Shown here one piece after another: positions 1 through 15,489 of a stretch of 64,000 nt of DNA. The stretch is from Blastocystis sp. Blastoise. Taxonomy: Eukaryota > Protista > Bigyra: Opalinata. The notes below the pieces were generated by a model that saw nothing but the letters and a program-made list of their open reading frames with translations, was not told the origin of the DNA and did not search any database. The position numbers and the translations under genes were made by a program. The stretch spans positions 186,001 to 250,000 of the forward strand of contig JBBPEB010000025.1 in assembly GCA_039096225.1 (NCBI GenBank), in the 5' to 3' direction. Positions within the stretch are counted from its first letter, which is position 1; each line of letters starts with the position of its first letter.

Positions 1-237
1 TATTTTGAGATGATTGTATTTTTAGTCAATGAAATAGTCTCCTCTGATTTGTAAATTCATTTTTTATAATACGAAGAATAGCGTATTGACACTTAAATGT
101 GACTATATAATAGAATGAATCAAATAATTTGTTGTAAACACTATATTCTTAAAGATATATAAAATTTAACTCTCTACTAACAAAAAACGATATAACGCAT
201 CACAATATATACTAATATATACATTTTTAATACTCCA

Positions 238-2379
238 TTAGAAGTATATATAGAAAAGGACAGAGAGACTTATTAGAAATATAGATAATATATATGGATT
301 AGACTGTATTCCATCCCCTGGACATTTATATCCCATCGCTACAAGGTCTTTTGCATTCCCAATAACCGAACAATCAGGACAGGCATATCTATATATATAT
401 TGATATTGATATGGATATAGTAATGGATAATAAAGAAAAGAAAATATTCAATAAAAATATAGAAATAACTATAAATGATCTAATTTACATACATAGTAAT
501 AGTAATATGTATATAATTAAATAAATGGATATAGTAATCATTATGTATATATAAGAATTATATATATATATATATACCCTTCATAACATACGCAACGTCC
601 ATTTAAGCAGCTTCCTCCTGTTTTAGTCGGTTTTCTATAATTTGGTCCAAAATTACCACAATCAGCATTCTTAGAGCACGTGTCTCCTCCATTGAGTCGT
701 GCTGCGTCATCACATTGTTTACCTACATTAGAACACTGTGGGCAAGTCCATCCCTCGTAACACTCACATCTCCCTATATATATATATATATATATATATC
801 TTGATATAGTTAAAAGATGTTAATATGTATACTATGATTAACTTTTTATATATTTAAGCTATATAGTATGTTATAGACTATATTATTATAAATATATCAT
901 TTAGAAAAAGAATATAATAAATCATCATATATATAATGAAATCAAATTATATATATATATATTTGTTGTTTTATATAATATGAAATCATTATATATATAA
1001 TGAAATCAGCATATATATATGTGTATATACTTGTTGCTTTATTACAAATCCCTCCTACGCCTCCGTTACATTCTTCGTTCACCGTACATTCGTATCCGCC
1101 AGTAGTTTGAAGCTCACAATGGTCTCCGTACCAACTATGTGTATAGTATTCTTATATTAACAATAACTTGAAACATTAATGTATTAAAGATATTTATAAT
1201 GATTATTTTTCATTTCTTTTTATTATAAACATAGACAAGTATATATAAAATACATATATAGATATGTGTATATACCCATTATGACAAATACATTTGAAAT
1301 TATCTTCTGGATCACACGTCCCATGAGACCCACAATCTGCTAAGGAGCAAGGGTAGAAGGTGAAGGAATATATATATATATGTATATAATGAATAATAAT
1401 AAATATGTAGAGAAGTACACTTGAATAAACATAAAATAAAATAAAAAATAATAATAATAATACATATAGTGATAAGAATGTATATAAAAGAAAATACAAA
1501 ATTCAAATACATACATAGAATAGTAAAAAACAAACACAATGTATTTATATTCATATTTATAGGCATTAAGAAGAGATATATAGAAAATAATAAAAATAAT
1601 TAACAAAATTTAGAGAAAAAATGAAAAAGATAATAAGAATTACTAATAATCACTATATACATAATTAATTAAAAGATATATTTGTTTCACAATAGAGTCC
1701 AAGATATCCATCTTTACAGACACATTTACCGTTTTGACACGTGCCATGATCCCCACATTTCAGTCTGTCACATGGGCATGTTTGACCTATAGAGGAATAG
1801 TAAGTTATATTAATAGTGTTATTATAGTAAATATCTATATAAAGAAATTTATATGTATATAAAAAAGAATTATATATATAAAAGAATTATATATATATAT
1901 AATACCGGATACAATTTGTTGTACAGTATGTGTACAATGGCTACAAACATAGCCACTGTTACAATGACAATATCCACTGTTACATACACCGTACATTTGT
2001 TAAAGATAACTGGAGAATCATTATCATAGTTTATATTAAACAGTGTTAATATAAATCACATTATATATAATAATAATAATAAACTTAATGATAAACATAA
2101 TAATAATAATAGTAAGATATAGTTCCGCAATCCTTATCAGAGGAGCATTGTCCTTTCCCTAATACATATAATCCACAATAAGCTCCATTTAATATATCTT
2201 CATTAAGTCCTAAAGAACAATCGCCACAAACCCAATTCTTATAGCAAACACATTTTCCATGAATACATAATCCATTATAACATTGACTATCCATATAGCA
2301 AGTGTTCCCTCCCCATTGTATAGAACATACATCAATCCAACGAGTACTCTCACCATTATATCTATATATATATATATTA

Positions 2380-2411
<32 letters not shown>

Positions 2412-2867
2412 TCTTATTCATAAAATGAATTATTACACTATACTTTTCATATAATATATAAAAGAATAACATATAAAATAAACACTATATGAGAAAAATA
2501 TATAACTATATTCAATAACCTTCTTCTATTTATATACCGTTTATATGTGGTTAATGTACCATCTGCTTGAACTTCTAAATGACCATGACAATAACTACAT
2601 GAATAATCTTCGCTACATTCACATGTTTTATTCCTAATAATAAATATATTGATTCATTCATTTATCAAACAATACACGCATTTTCCGGTTAGACTCTTTG
2701 TTTCTTCACGTAGTTGAACAAGATTTGCAGCTGGTACACCACACTGAATATCATATGAACCTAATAAAATATCAAAACTGAATAATCATTATACATGAGC
2801 CACCTCCTTGCTCTCCAAAAGCAAGAAATACATTGCAGAATAACAAAATAAGTAACGTATAGTACAT
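238..2867 (-). CDS. EGF/tenascin-like repeat surface protein, signal peptide and probable GPI anchor (10 exons)
   Basis: ATG at 2867 gives signal-like MYYTLLILLFCNVFLAFG. Spliced exons give repeated EGF modules (CYNGLCIHGKCVC, CGDHGTCQNGKCVCKDGYLGLYC, CGSHGTCDPEDNFKCICHNG). The protein ends DGIQSNPYILSIFLISLSVLFYIYF-TAA (238-240), a terminal hydrophobic tail. The model needs 7 GT-AG and 2 AT-AC introns. Confidence 0.85.
1353..1679 (-). other. U12-type AT-AC intron (327 nt)
   Basis: GAA ACA AAT|ATATCTTTT ... TTCCTTCAC CTTCTAC|CCT TGC TCC. Removal joins YCETN to PCSLADCGSHGTC in frame. Confidence 0.85.
1991..2120 (-). other. U12-type AT-AC intron (130 nt)
   Basis: TGC GGA ACT|ATATCTTAC ... 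TCTTTAAC AAATGTAC|GGT GTA TGT. Removal restores the EGF module CSSDKDCGT-GVCNSGYCHC. Confidence 0.85.
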
Positions 2868-4500
2868 AGTTAACATAAAAATGGAATTGAATGCATTTTA
2901 TTAGAAGAAACGGAATGAATGAGAAAGTGAAGAAAAAAACTTCGCTAGATATTGCCAGAGAAGGATTCAAGTTTTGCTTATTATATTTAACTATATACAT
3001 GCATTCATAATAAATAAAATTATTCTTTTGAATTCTAATATTAAAAAGATTTTTTCAACTCATTTCACGATAGTATAACAAGTTATGTAAATTAAAGTTA
3101 TATTACAAATATTCAGTATATCATTTTCACGTTAATAAATTCGTAATACCTAAATCAACATCAATTTCTAAGACATTTGTAATTACACTAAAATATCTAT
3201 TGTAAGAAATCAATTATATGCATTAGGAACGTTTTGTTTACATAAGTATCTACTTAGATACGTATGATATTAACATGAATTAGTTTGTACTTACATTTTT
3301 AGCAAGATACTGTGTTATAAGATATCGAATCAAGGATCATAATATCAGTGAATCATTGACGAGAATAATTATTCATTTTCAAATAACATTTGAATTTCAA
3401 ACGACACTAATTATCAAATATAGGTTCTCACATTGTTGTATAATGTAGTTAAGAAGAATGCCCACTAAATAAAATATATTATACTTATGATTAATTTGAT
3501 GCGTTGAAGCTAAGGAACTGAATGAAGTTTTAACAATTCATTATTGAATTTTGTATAAATAAAATTACTATCAACTTACTTTTAAATCAATAAATCAAAT
3601 AGATAATTCGAAAAAAATAAACCTTCAAATTTTTTATTTCATTTTTCTTTTATTCTTAAATTAGTCTTTGTTTTTCAAATAATACTTTAAAATTATTTTT
3701 TGTTATATTTAGTATCAAAGTACATCAGCTACTATTCATTTTTTGGTAAAAAAACATAGTCATGATTTGTTATCTAAGTTAGGTACTTTTCATGAGAAAC
3801 TATTTTTTTCATTTCAATGAATTAGTAGTTTTCTCATTATATACATAAAACGTTTAGAAGCTAATATATAGTATTTCTTTAAATCGAGTTTCTTTTTTCG
3901 AAAAAAAAACAGTTTTTTATCAATAATAACATACTCTCATACATTACAGAGCACTACAAATATTTCTAAACCATGAAAAACACTCCGAAACCCTTTATTG
4001 TTTCTATAATAATTTATCATTGTGCTTCATAACATAACATTTATAAGCACTATCCTATCTGCTACTTATTTTTCTGAATAGATAGTGATAGCAAGACTTT
4101 TATGAAAACATTAATGAGAAAATACAATAAACACTCTGTTTTCTAAAAGAAGGTTGGAGAATCATTATGTAAATCTGGAAAACCCAAAAGACACCTGCTG
4201 CGTCATTTGTGTTTCTAGTCATTAACGAATTAAAATAATGAAATGTGTATATATTAAAAAAAAGTTCCTAAATTATTCTCAATAAACAGGATTATTCAGG
4301 AATAAAAAGAAAACGTTGAGATGGTTTTGAAGGTATCCGAATTAGCAAATAAACACAAGTTCATATCCAATAGAAATGATTTCATGTGTTTTGTTTTTTC
4401 CAGAAAATAATCTGACTAAAAACACTCATATCTTTCTTTTTCTAAGTATTTATTCCACATAAATATTTTGTTTTCTTATATATATTAAAGTTTAAGTATA

Positions 4501-4719
4501 ATGGTTCCTCCTCCTCCTCCTCATGGTTGTCCTCCTGGTGGTCCCGGTCCTCATGGTCCTCATGGTCCTGAAGGTCCTCATGGTTGTCCTCCTGGTCCTC
4601 ATGGTCCCCATGGTCCTGAAGGTCCTCACGGTCCTCATGGTCCTCATGATGGTCCCCATGGTCCTCATGATGGTCCCCATGGTCCTCATGGCGGTCCTGG
4701 TCCTCATGGTCCTCACTAA
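4501..4719 (+). CDS. 72-aa Gly-Pro-His repeat protein
   Basis: GC-rich island in AT-rich DNA, ATG to TAA. It has 14 GPH triplets with synonymous third-position variation (cct/ccc, cat/cac, ggt/ggc). A probable 5'UTR intron lies at about 4446-4490. Confidence 0.7.
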   Translation: MVPPPPPHGCPPGGPGPHGPHGPEGPHGCPPGPHGPHGPEGPHGPHGPHDGPHGPHDGPHGPHGGPGPHGPH

Positions 4720-4929
4720 TATGCGCGTAAATAGTAAATTATCTGCTGTATTATTATGATATTCAATGTCTGCGACAAAAATGCTCTGTTTTGTTTATTT
4801 TTATCATTTACAAATAAACCTAGATTTCTTGTCTCTTCTGAAATCCAAAAGAATACTTATTAGAAAACACATAATAATAACAAAAATTTAATTTTCTTAA
4901 TAAATAATACAACAAAATAAAAAATAATT

Positions 4930-5767
4930 TCATAATGAACAAATAGGTTCTAAAGATTTTTTTGTCCTTTGAATCATTGAAGGATCATCAAGATATATTT
5001 GGATTGTGTCTAAATTTACTTTTAATGACGCTAGAAAAGAATTAGACCTCAGAGGTTCCAATAATGAATTACTTTTTGAAAATAAACTAATTAATTTTCC
5101 ATCTTGATCAGTCATAGTTACTCTCATATTCGATAGCACAACTGTATCATTCTTAAATAACTAGAATAAAAAAAATGGTGACAATCAAATGACAGAAAAA
5201 AAGACAATATGCATATATAAACATAGAGAAATAAATTATATAAATAATATATACTTCACATAATGCATTTTGCAGATCACCCAGTCTGTATGAAGCTAAA
5301 AGTGGTAAAACTCCCACAATCTCATCTTCTATGCTTACAATACATTCATAAACATGTGGCGAACCAACTATGATTATTGATATCTTTGAATAATAATCTT
5401 CATAATTGGGTAACATTAAAAAAACATCGAGATCCATGGATTCTTTATTTGAGTGGATTTCAAAGTATTCCTCTTCAGTTAACTACATAAAAAATAGGAC
5501 ATATTATAGCATAAAAACATACATCATCATCTTGTTTTGGAAGAAAATTAATTCTGAAGAAGTAATTAGCATCAGGAATATTGTCATCTACGCATCTTCT
5601 CTAAATCATAAACAAATTGTTTGATATAGATATACTTTCACAAAATTTAGTAAACTATTTCTTTTTAATTCCTTAAATTCAAATTTACCGATATGATCAC
5701 CTTTAGATGTATAGACTGGGACCACATATGGATCTGAAGGCAATATAAGATTAATAAAACGATTCAT
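4930..5767 (-). CDS. hypothetical protein (4 exons)
   Basis: ATG at 5767 (MNRFINLILPSDPYVVP). Three GT-AG introns join ORFs 5153-5437 and 4930-5139 in frame. No family recognised. Confidence 0.65.
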
Positions 5768-6061
5768 ATTGAATAATAAAAAAATTAAGTTTTTATTTTG
5801 TTCATAAAAGCTAGTTTTTATTTATTTTTTTGTAATTTTATTTTTAAAATTTTGATTATGAATTGTAGCAATCATGATAGAAAAAATAGAAAACATGAAA
5901 TCAAAGGTTAGTAAGTTAATGTATATATTCACCAAAGCTAGAATATAGAGTTAAACAAAATAGAGACAAAAAAACATTCAAATAAATATATCAGTGAAAA
6001 CAACAAGAAATAGAATACTAACACGATAAAATAATATATAAAGAAGACTAGGTAATAGAAC

Positions 6062-8655
6062 TTAATTTGTTTTAACTACGTGATCTATTGAGGACGATTC
6101 ATCTTTACAAGTATATTGTTTACCATTCTCTAGTTTTCTTAGTTTCCGATGACTTTTATCTTTACCTTCTTCAGCATTGGTCTGCATTATAGTTTGTTTC
6201 AAAGTAGCATATGAAATATTATAATCTACAAGCGATTTATAAGCAACAGCACGATATTCAGCATCTTTCCTATATATATATATCATTTGAATAAGATAAT
6301 CATAATAATAATAATAATCATAATAATTCTTTAATAATAATATGAAATATGAAAAATAATAATCATCCTATTTCTTTTAAATAATAATATAAAAAAAAAT
6401 GAAATATGAATAATAATAATTATAAATATATAAAATATATCATATATACTCTACACAGTAAGGTTGTGTTTTTTCCATGGTAATCAGTCGTCTATTGAGT
6501 AATCCTGAAAGTGCTTCGTTGCTATTGGCAACTAACGAGAGACAGGGGTGACAAGGAACAGCTTCTTGAGGATAACTATAGATACACAAGAAATAGAGAA
6601 TAAAGAAAGATATATTCATATATTTAAGAATAAGAAGAGTATATATATAGGATGATGATGAAAAATGTTTTGCATTTATTATTTAAAAAAATAAAAAATG
6701 AATAATAAGAATAAGTATATATATATATATATATAGATACGGTCCAGCAGTAGGGAATAAATAGACGAGTCTGCCGCCAAGACGAAGAGAGCGGGAAGCG
6801 AGCGTTAATAGATCCACGATGACGTCATCAGGATTATAGTACTGTGTTTTAGGGAAATGAATAGTGTCTCCTTGTTGAGGAACATGAGTGGAGGGTTTAA
6901 TCTCATCAGTTCTAGAGTTATCAAGATATACTTTGGAATATAATGTATGATAAGGATATATAAACATATATATATATCAATAATAATTAGTATAATATTA
7001 ATAATATATATATATATACGTTCCACTTTTTCTGGCTCCTGCCCGAATACCGTAAGGAGGATCGCATACTATAGCATCATAACTATATATAATAATAATA
7101 TACTATTAATATTTAATTTAATATTTGATATAGATATAATAGTAAAGAAAATAATAGTTAAAGAATTCCATAATAGATTTAAAAGAAGAATAAAATAATA
7201 ATAAAAAACATAATAAATGAATAATAATAAATATATACACTTCTTCTATTCTTAATGGTAATCGCGCGATATCCATTCGTACAATGTCCGGATAACGAAG
7301 ATGATACTGATCGAAGTTTATATATACATTATTCTCTTGTTTCCCGCGTTTTATCCCGCGTAAAACACGAGCATCAATGTCACTACCTATATATATATGA
7401 TTATATATATTTTGAATATATAATATGTTTTATAATATTTGTATATAAGTAATAATTATTGTTATATATATATATACCCATAGTTTTAGCTCCAAGAGAA
7501 GTACAAGCGATTAAAATACTTCCTGTGCCACAGAAGGGGTCCCAAACATAAGATTCACTTCCTAAATAGATGGGATTCCCGTGGGAACTGGAGACAGACT
7601 CTAAAGAAGAGTTAATAGATATAGTATTCATTGTGTTTATATATATATAAATAGTTTATATACCATTATTACCGCGGGGATGACACAAACCTTGATTAGC
7701 CATTAAAAAGGCTAATTCCGCACAAGTTGATGTAGGACCAATATATAGAATAATTATAGAATATATTATTTTAAATATATAATAAGCATAATAATGACAA
7801 ATAGAATAATTATAGTAACGATAAATAGAATAAGAATAATAATAAATATAATAAAATAAAAGATTAACATATTAATTACATACCAATATATTTTCTTTTC
7901 TTGAGATCGAATTTATTTTTAATATCTCTTTGACCGTGACTTATAAAACGACAAAAATATACATATTGTATATCTTTTACTTCATCTGCTAATCCATAAT
8001 ATAATAAAATACGAAAAGAATTATCCGGATTTTTAATAGAAACAGGTCCTATTATATATAAATAAATAAATAAATAAATAATACATATATACACAACAAG
8101 TAAATACTTCAAAAATAATAAATAATAAAAACACTAATATATATATACCTCTAAATTGGAGGACATCTGTGAATTGTTGTCTATATTCATCTTGTTTCTC
8201 ATAAGATATAGTACAACCAAATCCATCTACAAGTAAACTCCAACTGGAATTCTCCTAATTATATTTATATAGGTAGAATAATAGAGTATTATAATATATA
8301 AAAAAAAGGAAGAAATAGTTCATAAAGAATTACGATGATAATGAAATTGAATTATGTATACATTAAAATAAGGTTCGACAAATTGGCTATCTAATTTCTT
8401 TATACTCTCAGCACATGAAGCAAGATCTATACCTTCTCCCCACAGTTCATAAATACCTTTAATTAAAACAGCTCTATCTGCAATTCTTTTTGCAACTTCA
8501 TCATTTGGAAGCTTGATTTTTAAAAATGGATACTCAGGATTATAATCATTTATATTATAAACATCATCTCTCTTTAAACCATTAAGAACTAATAGAGAAT
8601 CAAGCTCAGGTAGTCTATGCTCCAAGTATGAGTGTGAAAAGTGAATCAAGTACAT
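6062..8655 (-). CDS. TRM11: tRNA (guanine-10-N2)-methyltransferase
   Basis: Motifs HRLPELDSL, RAVLIKGIYELWG, KKRKYIGPTS..ELAFLMAN, SAM-binding DPFCGTGSIL, GSDID, DAIVCDPPYGIRAG, LRLGGRLVY and RRLITMEK, spread over 10 exons. Confidence 0.93.
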
Positions 8656-8806
8656 TATTCAAATACACCTTAAGAAAATGTGGTCTACACGAAAAACGGG
8701 AATAATTCATTTTGAACTAGAGATTTACAAATGTTTTATGAATATGGTTTTTATTATTAAAACTCTAGAATTACATAAATCTGATTTATTCGTTAATTAA
8801 AACATA

Positions 8807-10942
8807 ATGAATATATTCAGTCTAGAAGATATAAAACCTTACGAGTATCAACTTAGTTATGAAGCTCTTGATGCTCTCCGAAAATCAAATTCTCGTCCTG
8901 TAATTAAAAAGAAACATAAAAGTTTGGAAGAAATGAGTTTGGAATATGGAACTAAAATGGAATATTTGACTTCAAACGATAATTCAAAAAATAAAGATAC
9001 AAAAGGAACAGTATGGGATGATGGAAGAGATGACTCTAAACGGTTTATGTTGCATGACGAAGATGATACTCATGAAATTATTGAAGAACCTTCTTTAGCA
9101 ACAACCATACATACAGAAGAGACCATACCCGATAATTGGGATGATGACATCGATGCAATAGCTGGTAAATTTATAATTATAGTTTATTTCTATTTTTATT
9201 ATCATAACGTATTACTAATTAGGTATATATATAGAAGATATGGAAGAAGAAAATGGTGATTGGAATATGCCAATTATACTTATTAATACGAAGGAGTTTA
9301 TTAAAGAATTGCCAATTGTATATATATATTTGTTTTCATTTATTATGAATGATTCTGTTTGTTTTCTTTTTTGTAATATGATTCGCTATTTCAGTTTATT
9401 TCTCAAATAGGATGAAGACTTATCAGATGATGAGATTTCAAAAGAAATTCAAGAATATATTGATGATAATTATGAATATATTCCTGAATCTCTTTATACA
9501 AACTTTATTGTTTTTGAAACGTATATTATTTTGTTTATTATATTTATTATTATGTTTATTTTTATTATTTTGTTTATTATATCTATTATTTTATTATATT
9601 TATGTTTATTATTATATTTATTATATTTATTATATTTATTATATTTATTATTATGTTATATATAGGAGTAATAAATACTTGAAAGAAAGTAAAGAATATT
9701 TATATTTACAAACAGGAATAGAAACTTATAATTATTCATTGTTTTATTTACCTGATACCATTAATGACGGTATATATATATATATATATAACATTAATAG
9801 TATCATTAATATATATATATATATTTATCAATATAAATGCAAATTATTTATTATATAAATATTATTAATATTATATATATATATATAGAAGATGCTACAA
9901 TAGATATAATAGAATCTATTTTTACTCCTTCTTCTTTTTCTTCAGTAAATTTTATGAAAACATTATTACTCTATACAAACCAATCAATGGTATATATATA
10001 TATATTTTTCTAACTCTTTTTATTCTTTGCCATTATATATATATAATTATATAATTATTCCATTAAATTTCTAGTCATGGAGATCAGAAATGTCTCGAAA
10101 AATAGAAGAAGAAACAGATAAGCAATTATATATAAAATCAACTACTATAGACAATATGATGTCTGAATTATTAGTATATATATATATAATTATTTTTACT
10201 TTATATATTTATAGAATCTTCGAAAAGTAAAATCCAATAAAAAAGAAAGAATAAATTTATTAAAACAAAATATATCAACAGATAAACTTAAAGAAACTGA
10301 AACATCAGTAGAGATTCATAAAATAGAAAAAGAAATACATGTATATATATTATATATATATATTAAGAATTCTATAGAATGATCATATATATATAGACTT
10401 TAGATGAAGTTATTGAGGAGAATATAAAGAGAATGAATTTATTATATAGTGATTCTACATTAAATCTTTTTAAAGAAATATACTCATCGAAATCTACAGA
10501 TATTATTATGAATTTAAATATATATACGTCTAAATATCGAAATATTCGTGGGAAAGAGTATTTAAAAACAGATTCATTTAAAGATTTTGACCATATGCCC
10601 TTATTAGAACAATATTTTATGCAAATATTATTCTTTATACCTCAAAAGAAATGTATATATTTATATGTTTATATATATATTTCTATCTTATATATATGTA
10701 TATAAAATTAGATTTTTTTATTATATATATAATTAAATTATTTTATTATTATATATATAATTAGAGTTTTTTCTTTATATAAATAATAAAAAAATATTTT
10801 CTTCAATTATATGATAAGCTTTCTTTTTATACAATAATTGTATATAGATGAAAGTAATGAAGAATTTATTGCTATTGTTATTATGTACCAAGATATTATT
10901 AAATATTTATGGTTATCAGATATAGGAAGAATGCCTTTATAA
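8807..10942 (+). CDS. hypothetical protein (9 exons)
   Basis: Continuous frame through 8 GT-AG introns from MNIFSLEDIK to KYLWLSDIGRMPL-TAA. The N-terminal half is acidic. No family recognised. Confidence 0.65.
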
Positions 10943-11526
10943 ACAATTATATATAGAATATTCTCTCGTTTATAAGCATTATATTTATCTATCTCAAAAT
11001 ATATATATTTATTCAACAACGATTCTATTTCGTATATACTTATTTTTTTTTTCATTTTTCAACTTTTTTCAATCTCTAATTCTTCATTTTCAATATATGT
11101 TCATCTTAACTTTTTTTTGTTGGTCATATTTATATATATATAATTTCTTGGCAATACATTTTTTATAACACATATTTTCATATACATTTTGGTCTCTAAA
11201 ACTTGTTTTATCATTTCAAATAACTCTAAAATTACAAAAATATATTTAAGAAACATTATTCTCAGTTTTTTTATAAAATTCATTTTAAAAATCCGTTATT
11301 TATACAAAAAAATGTGTTGCCCATTTTTTTATACTCTTAAAACTAAAACAAAAAGTTATAGTTTTTTTATAGAAAACGAATTCTTTTTTTGTTTGTTTTA
11401 AAAGAATGTTTAACTTATATTTTATTTATTTCAAGTATGTTATAACAATATGAATATATATTATTTATCATTTAGGTTTTCTTGAATCCTTTCATCAATT
11501 AAATTATTATATTTTAGTTTAAAACC

Positions 11527-12886
<1,360 letters not shown>

Positions 12887-13462
12887 TTTTGATGATTATA
12901 TGAATTCATTGACAACATAATTCTGTACTTCTATTTATATAAATAAAAAAATAGTACTACAAACAGAAGGATACTTTGTCTTACCAATTTCAGTATTAAA
13001 TATGAATCTAAAGAACAAATACATCTCTATATGTAGTATTTTCGTTAATTATATGCTTATTATTTCTATTTTGTTGTATTTCGCAATTGATATAATATTT
13101 TAATGAAGGTTATCATTGAATACACTTTATTTTAAAAAACCATTAAGAATTTTTATCAAACCTATTAATATATATATATATATATATATGTTTTAATAAT
13201 AGTCAATAGTTTTTCTATACTTCGAAACAGAACCGAAATATATACACTAATTACTGTTTCGCAACGCTATACGCATATAAAAAGAATCTAAATAATATAT
13301 TATTTTCAATTATAACGAAATACAAAACTTTACTTTTAAATAATTCAACTAATATTAATATTAAAAGAAAAATAGAAAAATGTATATACATAAAAAGGAA
13401 AAAAAATAAATAAAAACTCAATTAGTAATAATATTTGCTAATAAACTATATATATATATATA

Positions 13463-13743
13463 TCACTTTAGTCTTTCAAGAACCATATAATCTAAAAAAG
13501 AGTTCATTGTCGTTTGTTTCCGTTTATCTATAGTTGTGAAGAATCCCGCGGGAAATGATGTTGTTAAGAATTCATGAGAAAGGACCTAATAATGAAATTA
13601 ATATATATATGTATAAATAGAAGAGAAATAATAAATTGTTGAATACTTAATATATATATAATTATTAATTTTTAAAAAAACATATTAATAAAATAAGAGT
13701 AATAATAAAAAGTGTTCATATTTATACTATACTCAATTACAAA

Positions 13744-13774
<31 letters not shown>

Positions 13775-14371
13775 CTTCTTTAGCAGTAGGTCTTTTTGTG
13801 ACATCGAAAGAGAGCATCCAAACGCATAATCTTATTCCTAAATGAATCACACTATATATATATATATATATATATATTGTTTGTAATATATATTATATAT
13901 TATTTATATATATTGTTTGTAATATATATTAGATATATTATATATATATATATGTTTGTAATATATATTAGATATATTATATATTATATATATGTTTGTA
14001 ATATATATTAGATATATTATATATATATATATGTTTGTAATATATATTAGATATATTATATATTATATATATGTTTGTAATATATATTAGATATATTATA
14101 TATATATATATGTTTGTAATATATATTAGATATATTATATATATATATATATTGTTTGTAATATATATTATATATATATACTCATCGTCCCCTGTTAGCC
14201 ATTTTTTTGCTTTATTATATAAATATGTATATAAACTCATTGAATAAGGAATATTATACTCATTATTACTAAAGATATAGAGTAATAATATAATAATATT
14301 AATAATAATAATAATAATAATATAATAATAATATAATAATAGCACAAAATATAATAATATATAATAATCAT

Positions 14372-14413
<42 letters not shown>

Positions 14414-15489
14414 CTCAAATGTATTAATTCCAGTTCTTGATTGAACGGGAATAAAACGAAGCATATCTTTAAATAATAAAATCTATATATATATAATTAT
14501 ATTCATATTCATATATATATATATATATAAACAATTAGTAATATTAATATTCATATATATAAACAATTAGTAATATTAATATTCATATATATATAAACAA
14601 TTAGTAACATTCATATATATATATAATTATATTAATATTCACATATATAACAATAAAAACCATGAAGTATCTATTCTATATAAATACCTCTGTATTCCCG
14701 TGAAAAGGGACTTCTCCCGTCATCATTTCAACGAGAACAATGCCACAGGCCCAAATGTCGCTATACACATCATAAGACCAGGATTTCGCCAAGATCTCAG
14801 GGGGGCGATACGATACTGCATATACCTATATATATATAATATATATATATATATTATATATATATATAACAATTAACAAGAAAATAATAAATTATAATTA
14901 TAAAAAAAAACAGAATAAATAAATATAATATATATAATACAGGAAGACTCATATTGTGACTTTTGGTAGGAAGAACTCGAGATAATCCGAAATCTGTCAA
15001 TTTAACAATATTATCATTTGTTATCAGTATATTATTTAATTTGATATCCCTATGAATGATTTTTCTTTCGTGTAAATAATTAATCACATTCATTACTTGA
15101 CTAAAATAGCATTGAATCAAAGCAATAGAAAACTTTGGTAATAAACGAGTATTTACCGCTCTCTTCAAGCCTGCAAGATCATTCTCATAAAAATCATATA
15201 CCATATAGAACTTATTTGATAGATTTCCACTAACTGGATCCACTGCATCAACAATAATCCTCCTGAAATGTGCTATATTCGGATGTTTTATGGAAGAAAA
15301 AAACTTGATTTCTCTAATTGAAGTCTTTGGAATACCTATATCTTCAAATTCAATCTCTTTTAAAGCAACAGTCTCATGAGTAGATTTGTCAATGGCTTTA
15401 TAAACTTTTGAGTATGTTCCCTTTCCTATTAGATTCACTATCTGATAATTGTCAATACTATTGATATATCCTTTCTCCTCAGATTGCAT
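13463..15489 (-). CDS. cyclin-dependent kinase family protein, divergent (6 exons)
   Basis: GKGTYSKV, VALK, PKTSIRE (PSTAIRE-like), HRDIK, DFG, YRPPE, DIWACG, KRPTAKEVLSHEFL. TGA at 13463-13465. Confidence 0.9.
13870..14180. repeat. intronic minisatellite, unit about 35-40 nt (TGTTTGTAATATATATTAGATATATTATATATATA)
   Basis: About 8 visible tandem copies inside a CDK intron. Confidence 0.85.
14520..14655. repeat. intronic minisatellite, unit about 30 nt (ATAAACAATTAGTAATATTAATATTCATAT)
   Basis: 3-4 tandem copies inside a CDK intron. Confidence 0.75.

Noticed and set aside
4492-4759. MRT-repeat and MVL-repeat ORFs overlapping the GPH gene
   Set aside because: Alternative frames of the same 9-nt repeat. 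Variation falls at third positions of the GPH frame.
13870-14180. Possible CRISPR-like array
   Set aside because: Eukaryotic intron with head-to-tail AT-rich repeats, no unique spacers and no cas genes.
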